A DNA stretch of 64,000 bases from Squalus acanthias (lineage: Eukaryota). This document shows positions 1 to 9,817 of this stretch, piece by piece (the first letter of the stretch is position 1; the number at the start of each line of letters is the position of its first letter). The stretch lies in contig CM059433.1 of the NCBI GenBank assembly GCA_030390025.1, positions 6,076,001 through 6,140,000 on the forward strand, in the 5' to 3' direction. The translations under genes were made by a program, and so were the position numbers. The notes beneath the pieces are model-generated. The model made no database searches, had not been told where the DNA came from, and worked only from the letters and a program-made list of their open reading frames with translations.

Positions 1-334
1 GATGGTGGGGGAGTCCAGAACCAGGGGTCACAGTCTAAGGATAAGGGGTAAGCCATTTAGGACTGAGATGAGGAGGAATTTCTTCACCCAGAGAGTGGTG
101 AACCTGTGGAATTCTCTACCACAGAAGGCAGTTGAGGCCAATTCATTAAATATATTCAAGAAGGAGTTAGATATATGTCTTAAGGCTAAAGGGATCAAGG
201 GATATGGGGAGAAAGCAGGGACAGGGCACTGAATTTGGATGATCAGCCATGATCTCATTAAATGGCAGAACAGGCTCGAGGGGCCGAATGGCCTACTCCT
301 GCTCCTATCTTCTATGTTTCTATGTTTTCCTATG
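1..334 (+). mobile_element. CR1 LINE (HER1-like) 3' end, young family
   Basis: ORF2 C-terminus SRTRGHSLRIRG...FFTQRVVNLWNSLP, then 3'UTR and (TTTCTATG)n tail. Near-identical to 57757-58085. Confidence 0.92.
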
Positions 335-672
335 CCTTTGTTACCTCTAGCCTGGACTATTCCAATGCTCTCCTGGCCGGAATCCCATCTTTCACCCTTC
401 AGAAATGAACTCATCCAAAACTGCTTCCCGTATCCTAACTCACATCAAGCCTTCAGCTGCCGAGGCCCTAAGCTCTGGAATCCCTCCCTAATCCTCTCCA
501 CCTCTACCTCACTCTCCTCCTTTAAGACGCTCCTTAGAACGTTCTTTAACCAAGCCTTTGGTCATCTGTCCTAATATCTCCTTATGTGGCTCGGTGTCAA
601 ATTTTGTTTGTGAAGCGCCTTGGGACGTTTTACTGCGTTAAAGACACGATATCAATGGAAGTTGTTGTTGTT
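335..672 (+). mobile_element. L2 LINE 3' fragment (internally deleted)
   Basis: AFVTSSLDYSNALLAG motif, SLSSFKTLL..FNQAF C-terminus, and gtgaagcgccttggg...(gtt)n tail. Confidence 0.75.
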
Positions 673-940
673 AATGTTGTAACAAACTTTGGGTTTGCAT
701 AAATGCGTCTTTGACCTCTGCGACTTCCATTTGCATTCCTCATTCAAGCCTTCGCAATGTACTTTATTCTCATTATCAGCTCCTTGTGTCACTGTGTTGT
801 CTGGGGAGCAATAGTTCGTAGCCTCCTCTGCCAACCCTTCCCAGTCTGCCTCCTGCTATCTCTCCCCTGTGATCTCCCCCTGTGATCGCCCCCTTGGCAA
901 TCACCCCCCTCCCCCCCCCCCCCACCCCCGGCCGGGGTGG

Positions 941-1181
941 TAAATATTTACAGGGGGTCCCTGGGAGTGTGTGTCAATATTTGCGGGGGGTCCCTGGGAG
1001 TGTGTCAATATTTGCAGGGGGTCCCTGGGAGTGTGTCAATATTTGCAGGGGGTCCTCAGGAGTGTGTCAATATTTGCAGGGGGTCCCTGGGAGTGTGTCA
1101 ATATTTGCAGGGGGTCCCTGGGAGTGTGTCAATATTTGCAGGGGGTCCCTGGGAGTGTGTCAATATTTGCAGGGGGTCCCC
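941..1181. repeat. 31-bp minisatellite (CAATATTTGCAGGGGGTCCCTGGGAGTGTGT) x ~7.5
   Basis: Units start at 975, 1006, 1037, 1068, 1099, 1130 and 1161. Confidence 0.95.
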
Positions 1182-1489
1182 AAAGAGAAAGGTTTGAAGC
1201 CAGTGCCACAGGTGAATGTGCTGTGGGAAGTTCCATTGAAGTCCAGTAGAGGGCGATGGCTCGTTATATTTGACAGAATGAGCAATGTGAAAGACGTGTT
1301 GATGCCATTCTCGAGGAGCTCAATATAAAGGCTGCACTGGCTGATTAAACTGCTAGTTTACACATGCCCTCTACACGCAGCATAAAGTCTTTCCCCACTC
1401 TTGATGCAATTGTCATTTTGTGTTTAAACTACTTTTAAAAACTATTTAACTGCATGAATTGAGATTTTAAAACAACACTGTAAAACCAT

Positions 1490-1572
1490 ATATAAGAACA
1501 TAAAGAACATAAGAAATAGGAGCAGGAATAGGCTACTTGGCCCCTCGAGCCTGCTCCGCCATTCAATAAGAT
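1490..1572 (-). mobile_element. CR1 3' tail fragment
   Basis: Reverse complement of the CR1 3'UTR with the (TTCTTATG)n tail. Confidence 0.8.
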
Positions 1573-1574
1573 CC

Positions 1575-2110
1575 AACATTGCACTCACCTTTCCTGATCT
1601 CATCCGATCATTGAATCTTTTGTTGCACTGTACCCATGTCCTCCTGACGACATCCCTGCTGTTGACCTCCTCAGCAATTTGGATCCATGTCCTTTGGATC
1701 TCTTGGGGATGTTTCTTCCGCCCATCAGCAGGATCTCCCTGCGTGCTCTGACTCCCTCCATAAGAATATGTAGGGAATCATCCGAAAACCGGGGTGCAGC
1801 CCTCTGTCTTTGGGAACTCATTTTTATAATTCTCAGCAAGAACCCACTCCTCTCCAATACTCCCTCCACACTTCTACATGAACCTTCAAATGCGATGTGG
1901 CCAAGGCTGCTTTAAATATCCCCGCTGGAAATGAGTCATCGATGACATCATCAGACCCTATTTAAAAGGGCAGGGAAACGCGCATGCCTGCTTTAATAGG
2001 GACCGTTACGCTAAAGTCGCTCTGAAGAGCGGGCTGATCAAGACATCGCGGTACCGACCCACTCATGGCCCACACACACCTGACCCGACTCGGAAGGGAA
2101 AATTCCGGCG
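1575..2110 (-). mobile_element. Truncated Harbinger end: TIR, promoter and Myb/SANT-like exon 1 pseudogene
   Basis: RAAPRFSDDSLHILMEGVRARRE...W..IAEEVNS..RTWVQC.KRFND followed by a GTGAGT donor. TIR-like aaaattccggc at ~2100. Confidence 0.8.
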
Positions 2111-2146
2111 TTAGTAACTGGTTAGGTGAATAATAGTGACATCTAA

Positions 2147-2338
2147 TGACATAAGAAAACTACTAGGCACTTGGTCTAAGCGTTAAACAAAGCTTTAATC
2201 AACTGTTTTACAACATGGAGGTCTAGTTGTGTCCTTCACTAGTTCCTGTTAAGAATGTCCTGCGCAAGCTGGGCCCGTGCCCGAGTATTTATACTCTCCC
2301 TGGACAGCGCCACCCGCAGGCCACTCAGTATTATTTCA
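2147..2338 (-). mobile_element. Candidate solo LTR (~192 bp)
   Basis: TG...CA ends with a 7/8 terminal inverted repeat (TGAAATAA/TTATGTCA). TATAAA then ATTAAA on the minus strand. No clean 4-5 bp TSD. Confidence 0.45.
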
Positions 2339-3322
2339 TAAGTCATTTCTACATGAATGACCAGATTCATGTCATCTAATATTGAGAAATATAAGATAAT
2401 ACATAGTAAATGTTGTACAAAAAATTTATTACACAATATGGAATATATTGGTCAAGAAGGTGGTTTGGAAGCTATTCAGATGAGATAGTTAAGAATCAAA
2501 GTGTTAAATTTAGTGAAACAAGTAAAATGTTAGTGTGAATAAATACCTCCACTAAGTATCTGGAAGGCTCGAGGGGCCAAATGACCTACTCCTGCTCCTA
2601 CGTCTTATCTTCTGAACAACTATACATACTAACTCCTTTATAAAGAATTGATAAGACATACACAGAGTATTGTGCATAGATTTTGATCATCATATTGACA
2701 AAATGGCAAAGGTAATTTAAAAGATTCAAAGAAAAGGAACAAAAATGGCTTTTGGGATCACTAAGCTATGATAAGAGGGAGCTCAATTTATTCTAAATGG
2801 AATAAAAAGTTACAACATCATGGTCTAGAAATTCAGGGGTCTAGCACCGGCCGTTAAGGCCCGTTTTGAAGAAAAAATGGCGGCCGACTTGCTTCTGCCC
2901 CCTTCCGGTGGGTCCTGGGGTGGCCGCCATTTTGGGCAGGTCGGCAGCGCTGCCGTTGCCTGCGCTCGCTGCAAAAATGGAACTGAGGCAGATCGTGACG
3001 TCAATGAGTGTGCAACGCTCACTTGACGCACAATCTGCAATTTTCACCGTCGCCACTACACTTACTGGCCTCTCTTAATCATGACCAGCTGACCAAGCAT
3101 TCAGCAGTAGGAAGGAGCCTCCAGCAGCGATATTGAAAGGGATCATCATCAACAACTTTCAGCTGATGTGGTTTCTTAGTTTGACTGGCTCTGTGTAACT
3201 TTCTGCAACTCTTGCAGCTTTCTAAACTTGTTTAAAGTTCCTGAGGTGACAGGGAGAGTTGATGCAAGTGGAGACGCCTTCATTCTCATTTCTGCTTCTG
3301 CTCACACCACTTTCTCACAGTC

Positions 3323-4341
3323 ATGGGGACTCTACTTGCAGTCCCCCTCGCGCTCGAGTATCTTCAGGAGAGGGAGCGGAGGCAGCGAAGAAGAGGAGAA
3401 GATGCTCACAGAGGGAGGGGCAGGAGGGCTCTCAACAGGAGTCCTTACCCACCTAGGGTCTTCCGAGAGCACTTCTCCTACCTCCACTTAAGCAAGAAGC
3501 AGTGTATTAGGAGGCTCCACTTCACCAAGGAGGTGGTCACAGAACTCTGCCACCTCCTGCAACCTCAGAGCACGGCGACCACGGCTCTCCCAGTGGCCCT
3601 CAAGGTCACCGTGGAGCTCAATTTCTTTGCCAGCGGATCCTTCCAGTCTGCAACAGGAGACATACCCCACATCTCCCTGTTCGCTGTACATCGCCCCATC
3701 CAGGAGGTGACAGAGGCTCTCTACTCCAGGAGAAGGGACTACATTATCTTCTCTCTGAACAGAGAGAAGCAGGACGAGCGCGCATGTGGCTTTGCCAAGA
3801 TAGCGGGCTTCCCCATGATGCAGGACACCATCGAATGCAAACATGTGGCTTTGCGGGCACCGTATACCAATCCTGAGATGTTCTGTAACCACAAAGGCTA
3901 CCACTCACTTAATGTGCAGTTGTTGTGCGACCATGCCCAGCGCATCATGATGGTGAATGCTCGCTATCCTGGCAGCAGCCATATGCCTTCTTCCTGCGCC
4001 AGTCCAGTGTGCCAGCAATCTTCCAGTCACCACCAAACCCGAGGGTGGCTGCTCGGAGACAAGGGCTATCCACTCTGTACCTGGCTGATGTCTCCTCTCC
4101 ACAACCCCACCACTTGTGCCCAGCACTTTTATATAATGGCAGCCATGCTGCCACCAGGAACATCATCGAGCAGACCATCGGAGTGCTCAAGCAACGATTA
4201 CACTGCCTTGACCACTTGGGAGGAGCTCTCCAGTACTCACTGGAGCGGGTGTCCCACTTCGTGATGGTCTGCTGCATGCTTCACAACTTGGCCATCATGA
4301 AGGCACAGCCCTTGCCACCAGAGATTGCGGGACCACCTTAG
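3323..4341 (+). pseudogene. Harbinger (HARBI1-like) DDE transposase, frameshifted
   Basis: RRLHFTKEVV, FFASGSFQ, AGFP...IECKHV (canonical IDCTHV), KGYHSLNVQL, ARYPGSSH, LLGDKGYP, RNIIEQTIGVLKQR. Frameshifts near 3982-4040 and ~4130. Confidence 0.9.
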
Positions 4342-4637
4342 GAGGAGGAGGAGGGAGAGAGAGAAGGAGGAAGAGGAAGTGGAAGAGGAGGGAGGGAGGA
4401 GGCAGGCAGTAAATCCCCGTTACGCCGGGCTGTCCATGAAGGCCACGTCAGACTCCGATTCCAGTGAATGAAACTCCAGATCCCTGTTGCTCATCACTTC
4501 CTCATCGTAACATCCCTCTGTCACGGAACATCACAGCGTCCTCCTGAGCACAAAGCTGACATGAAAGCCACCACAAAACACACATTCCAAACAAAAATCA
4601 TAAATTTACCTGAATCCAATCAACTTTACAATATGAA

Positions 4638-6497
4638 CTAATCAGCCTTGTGTATTCCCTTAGTGTCTGTCGTTTGTGTGCCTTTACCTACTCTAGTGCT
4701 CCTATGCAGTGCTCTCCCAGTGGCTGCAGTATGGCTGGTGGAAGGCTGCTGACTTTCAGTGGGGGAAACTTCAGCTGGCCTTGCAGGATGGCCTCGAGCA
4801 GCTCTGGGCCTGGAAGGCCCGGCGGTACACTGCACCACCTCGGCATGGGCAGCAGCAGTCTGGCCTGGCTGGTTGATAGGCAACGGCAAGGGCAATGGCG
4901 GAGTGGCAGTGGTGGGAGTTGGAATGCTGTCATCCTGAGAAAGGGTAGCAGGTTCTTGCTCCACAGACCCACTGCCACTCCCCCGGGGTGGCGCCTGAGC
5001 ATTCCTAGCCATCTGTTGGAGGGCAGATTGCTGGCCTGCTGCGACACCCTGCAAGCCCCTTTCGAGACTCATAAACCCAGCCACGATGGCAGCCGTCTGA
5101 GCTTCCACGGCAGCAGTGAGACGCTGGGTCGCTTCTGCCTGTGCTGTAATGGAAGCCGCGACATCACCCATCACACGCAGCATCATGGCTGGGTCCACAA
5201 GGTCTCTCCCAATGTTGTCCATCATTTCCATCCTGGAAAACATGAGCTCCAAGCTCTGTGTAAAGCCCCGTCCAATGTTGGAGCCGGACTCCTCCATGCC
5301 CCTTGACACTGACGAGAGGCTTGCTGGCAGACTTATCATTGCACCTAGGATTTCCATATGCATGCCTATCACCCTTCATCTGAAGGCCGCCCCATCGCGG
5401 TCATTATCTGAGTCATGTGCAGCAGAACTCGTGCACGAACTCGCCCTCTGGGGAGCTGGCACCCGACCTACCCTTTCCCCCTGGCTTTGCTGCAGCCCAC
5501 TCATACCCGGTGCCTCACCAATTGCAGATCCCGCCATTACACTACCCTCTACCTTCGGCGCAGTGCCATTTTCTGAGCTGGTATCTGCGAGTGTCAGATG
5601 CAGCGACGGTGTGTCTTATCCTCCATCACTCTCCTCCATAGGTTCAGGGACAGGCTGGCCGGCTGGCAGTTCTTGGGTATCTGAAAGCAGAAAGGCACAA
5701 GGGTCAGGTTGTGGTGAGGGGAGGGGGGGGAAAGCAAGATATGCATGCATACGCCAACAGCAGCTTGTCAGTGGGATGAGGGGGAAGTGGGATGTGAGAA
5801 GAAGGATTAGATATGACCATACCGTCATTATCAGCAACGGCTTCAACTTCTCCCGTGGCCAGGGACTCTGCCACTGCCCCTCAAGTTATGTCAAGGATGG
5901 ATTCCTCCAGGTCGGTGAGGTTCTGTATAGCGGCTTGGCCGCCTCCCATCTGCCGCTGCTCCCTCCTGTTATGTGTCACCTTTGCCTGCAAGAGAAAGGG
6001 AGTGTAGTGCAATGTGTTTGGGTGATGTGCCTGCCATAGTTGAATAGCTGTCAGTGTGTGCAAGGTGTGAGATGTGGGTGTGAGTTTTGCAGCAGTGGTA
6101 AGGTTGTGAGGGTGAAGTGAAGCCATGATTGTGAGGTGTGAGTGGTGATAGCTGGAGATTGCTGGTCGGTGAGTCATGGGGGTATGGTGCATTGAGCGGT
6201 GTGTGAGGCTTGTGGTTCAGATGGTGGGATATGGCATTTGCTGAAGCCTTCACTCACCTTGACCTGCCGTGTGAGGTCATTAAACTTTTTTCGGCACTGA
6301 ATCCATGCCCATGAGACCACACTGGTGGCCATGACAGAGTCAGCTATCTCCTCCCATAGCCTCCTGTAAGTGGCCTTGGATGGCCTCCTGCCACTCTGCA
6401 GGAGCAGGACAGCCCGCCTTCGTGGCACGGCCATGACCAAGGCCTCCACTACAGCATCCGAGGATCATCGTGCTCGCTCCCTTGGTTGCTGAGCCAT
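4638..6497 (-). pseudogene. Harbinger Myb/SANT-like (NAIF1/MSANTD-type) gene, 3 exons (6497-6258, 5985-5823, 5680-4638), disrupted
   Basis: MAQQPRERAR..., LWEEIADSV...WIQCRKKFNDLTRQVK|gtgagt; cag|AKVTHNRREQRQMGGG...|gtatgg; ttcag|DTQELP... coiled-coil-like exon. Internal stops and frameshifts. Confidence 0.85.
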
Positions 6498-6974
6498 GTC
6501 TTCATCCACAATGACAATGAGGTGCTTCTGCAATAAAGCACCTCCTTTAAGTAGTACAGAGAGCCTGGGCCAAAGATTACTGGCCATTAGACAGCACCCG
6601 ATATTGGCCCTCCTGTGGAGCGCGAAGCCAATCAGCGGCGCTCCAATCATCATAATGAGCAGGCAGCACGAATTTTGCGTGTTGCCTGGACCACTTTGAA
6701 CCGGTGCAGGCAAACAGCGCTGGATGTGACACCACCTGTCTTCAGGCCTAATCCAGTTTCTAGGCCGATCTAAGTTTTATTAAATCACAAAGGAAACTGA
6801 TGTTGTGGACATAGACAAATATTTTATGTAAAGACAAGAAAGGTGCAACACTATGACGATAGATGGTGCTAAATGATTGGAATGTTGAATAATTTGGTTG
6901 AAATAAAAGCATAAAATGGGGTGTTAATATGGATAGCAGGAATGACTAAAGAGGGTAAATGCACAAAGGAATAT

Positions 6975-6980
6975 TTTATT
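6975..6980 (-). terminator. Candidate poly(A) signal (AATAAA) for the V-ATPase C gene
   Basis: AATAAA about 250 nt downstream of the stop, in an AT-rich 3'UTR. A second AATAAA lies at 6776-6781. Confidence 0.45.
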
Positions 6981-7232
6981 TGTAATCAGACAAAATGTTC
7001 TAATATGGTAGCAGCGTACAGATTTACCATGAAAAAAAATTCTGTAAAAGACAAGCCTTAACCAGCATCATAATATTTTAAAATCTTATTTAAGTTCAGA
7101 TAAACATTTTTAAAAATTACCAAGTGATCTACTTCTGTGTGTATGTGTGTGCGATATATATATATATTATTTAAAACTCATCCTATACAGAAAATCAAGT
7201 GGCATCTATTCTTTCACATTTTAGCCAAAGGT

Positions 7233-7328
7233 TTACTTAAAATTAAATAAGTCAATGTCAATCTTGAAGTAGACATAGGCATAGTAGTCTTGTTGGCTAA
7301 CATTCAGTCCAGGGATATCCATGTTGGC
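7233..7328 (-). CDS. ATP6V1C2: V-ATPase subunit C terminal coding exon ([31 protein letters not shown])
   Basis: Acceptor ctgctacag, TAA at 7233-7235. Matches the MDIPGL..QQEYYPYVY.KID C-terminus. Confidence 0.94.
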   Translation of the reverse strand, partial: ANMDIPGLNVSQQDYYAYVYFKIDIDLFNFK

Positions 7329-7639
7329 CTGTAGCAGAAATGAAATGCCATGGGTTAATATCAGTATTACGGTTATTATTAAAGTTATCAGTATTAAGTT
7401 AATATCAGTGTTAAGGGTCTCAAGATCACATGATAGATACAGATGAGGACAGCTTTTTGGCCTATTTTAGCTCATCCATTCAGAAAGACACTACAGTTCC
7501 CCCCCCCCCCTCATAATGGAATCCATAAATGATTCCAGGGCTTATACCTCCATTACCCAATGCAGAAGTCACTTCCATATATGACACTTTGTGTGAGGAA
7601 GAACTTATTGACATCAGTCCCCTATTTTGTTTTAAAATT

Positions 7640-8180
7640 TTAAATTCGTTTATGGGATCTGGGCGTCGCTGGCAAGGCCAGCATTTATTGCCCACCCCTA
7701 GTTGCCCTTGAGAAGGTGGTGGTGAGCCGCCTTCTTGAACCGCTGCAGTCCGTGTGGTGAAGGCGCACCCACAGTGCTGTTAGGGAGGGAGTTCCAGGAT
7801 TTTGACCCAGCGATGATGAAGGATCGGCCGATATACTTCCAAGTCAGGATGGTGTGTAACTTGGAGGGGAACTTGGAGGTGGTGGTGTTCCCACGCGCCT
7901 GCTGCCCTTGTCCTTCTAGGTGGAAGAGGTCGCAGGTTTGGGAGGTGCTGCCGAAGAGGCCTTGGTGAGTTGCTGCAGTGTATCTTGTAGATGGTACACA
8001 CTGCAGCCACGGTGCGCCGGTGGTGGAGGGAGTGAATGTTTAAGGTGGTGGATGGGGTGCCAATCAAGCGGGCTGCTTTGTCCTGGATGGTGTCGAGCTT
8101 CTTGAGTGTTGGAGCTGCACTCATCCAGGTAAGTGGAGAGTATTCCATCACACTCCTGACTTGTGCCTTGTAGATGGTAG
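7640..8180 (-). mobile_element. LINE 3' fragment of a second CR1/L2-group family
   Basis: MEYSPLTWMSAAPTLKKLDTIQDKAARLIG...SLHHRRTVAAVCTIYK RT-thumb region plus AATAAA tail. Same family at 14190-14350 (-), 41153-41610 (+) and 26800-27030 (+). Confidence 0.8.
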
Positions 8181-8358
8181 AAATTTACCGTTTATAATTA
8201 TGAATTAATGTCCTATTGCGACAGTTTAATTTGTAGCATTCCAGATCTACCCTTTTCATGCAGTTTACTATTTTATAAGCGTTTATAAAGTCACCTTTCA
8301 AGGCTGGAAAGCTCAAGTTTCTTTAGTCTTTCCTCAGAACTCAGTCCTCTGACACTAG

Positions 8359-8937
8359 AGCCCCAATTTTAAACCATTGCGCCATTCAGGAACGTGGCTT
8401 GCGGGGAGGTTAAAATATCACCAACATCGTAATCACCGGATCAATGCTGAACATCCGCTCACGGCATTTTAATAGGCATGCTTCAGGTAGCACGTGAAGC
8501 CCTCGCCCCAGGCAGATGAAGACCTCATTGAGATTTAAAAGTCAGGGTGTGATTACGTCAATCAGACCCCAACACTGTTTCAGACCCCAGCACTGCTTTA
8601 GATCAGTGCCTGCTGCCGACGTTGCCAAGGAAACTTGGTGTCACGGGGGAGAGGGCCCAGAAAATGTCCAAGAAGGTCAGTTAATTAGAGTATTTCAAGT
8701 TTCTTTGTGGGCCAGGAGGAGCAGGAGTGCTCCTCAGGCCCCACAAGGCAACCTTGGGCCTCCCCTGCTTCTCTAATCAACTTTCCCGGCTGTGGCCTCC
8801 TGCCTCACTCATCCGACTCCTGCCAGCCTCACATCATTGACGCTAGGTTCAGATGGGAGTCGAGCCTGATGTATTTAAATGAGGCCCGGGAGTTAAAATG
8901 GCTACGCCCCACGCTCACCTGAGTTAAAGTCGGGGAT
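8359..8937. mobile_element. Harbinger-type MITE
   Basis: Imperfect TIRs AGCCCCAATTTTAA / ATCCCCGACTTTAA, TSD TAG/TAG. Confidence 0.75.
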
Positions 8938-9082
8938 TAGGAATCAATCTCCCAGGGCTTGAATGTCTCCGTGTCTCAGTGACCAGAACTCATGGTGTGT
9001 CTGACCAGAGCAGTATACAGTTTGAGCATGATTTCCTTTGACTTGTACTACACTATTTTGGCTATATAGTTCAGCATTCTAT

Positions 9083-9817
9083 GGGGGAGAAATTCGGTGG
9101 TGCCCCCTTTGGGGCGCTAACTTCGCCGAAAAAGTTAGCGCCCCTGCGCTGTACAATCAGTGGTAGTGCCCCAAGCAGGAGGCGGGGCGCTACTGGAAGC
9201 GCTCCCCCTCCTTCCTGGGGCGCTACAACTGAATGTCGCGGTGCTACATGCAACAGCGCCACACGTGTCGGCTCGTAGCGCCGCGGTATTGCAGGCCTCC
9301 TTCCCCTGATTAACGGGTAGGGGCCTAGTGCTCCGCGCACCGGGGCCCTGCTGGACCACCGGGGAGTGGGATGCCGGGAAAGCAGCCCGGCACTCAAGAG
9401 GAGCGCCGGGCTGAGCGATCGCGGCCGGCACCCCGAAGAAAAAAGGGGAAGGGGGCAGGTGCTGGCAGTCGGCCCAAAAAAAATGGCCGCCCAACACCTG
9501 CCCTTTAACTTGCGCCGCCGCCACCGCTGCAAAAACACCCCCATGACCCTGTCGGACATATTGTCCGGCGATAGGTCAGGGGGCGCTACCGAAGTTTGCG
9601 GCCGGGGCGCGAGCGGGGCGCTGCGCACGGCAATGATGCCATCGCCGGCAGCGCCGCGCCACGGGGCACTGCCGGCTACCGCCGCTGCTAACCTCCCACT
9701 GAATTTCGCAGGAGGCGTTAGCAGCGCCGCGTCCAGGCGCTAGGGGCTTTGCACCCCGTTAGTACCCCCCCCCGGGGTGCGCTAACGGGAGGCGCAAAGC
9801 AACCCAATTTTTCCCCC
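9083..9817. mobile_element. GC-rich Harbinger-type MITE
   Basis: TIR GGGGGAGAAATT / GGGGGAAAAATT, exact TSD TAT, many GCGCCCC/GCGCTA subterminal motifs. Relatives at 11679-11900, ~14458-14635 and 21927-22365. Confidence 0.88.

Larger units (their letters stand above)
2822..6766 (+). mobile_element. Near full-length PIF/Harbinger DNA transposon (3.9 kb) with convergent transposase and Myb-like genes
   Basis: TIRs GGTCTAGAAATT / GGCCTAGAAACT and 3-bp flanks CAT/GAT. Both diagnostic genes are inside. It interrupts an old CR1. Confidence 0.92.

Noticed and set aside
882..1328. Repetitive ORFs and a CRISPR-like look of the 31-bp arrays here and at 12906
   Set aside because: Head-to-tail tandem units with no unique spacers; eukaryotic context and no cas genes.
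5116..6039. 307-aa plus-strand ORF
   Set aside because: Antisense shadow of the GC-rich Myb-like gene; no recognisable domain.
3323..6497. Domesticated HARBI1/NAIF1 host genes
   Set aside because: TIR-bounded and frameshifted, with the first catalytic Asp altered and many relatives nearby: a transposon copy, not a domesticated gene.
1..7200. PDIA6 3' exons expected tail-to-tail from human synteny
   Set aside because: No thioredoxin or KDEL-ending exon found by eye; probably outside the window.
9083..9817. CpG-island promoter interpretation of GC-rich blocks (also 21927-22365, 16665-17546)
   Set aside because: Boundaries coincide with TIRs and exact TSDs; these are young MITEs.
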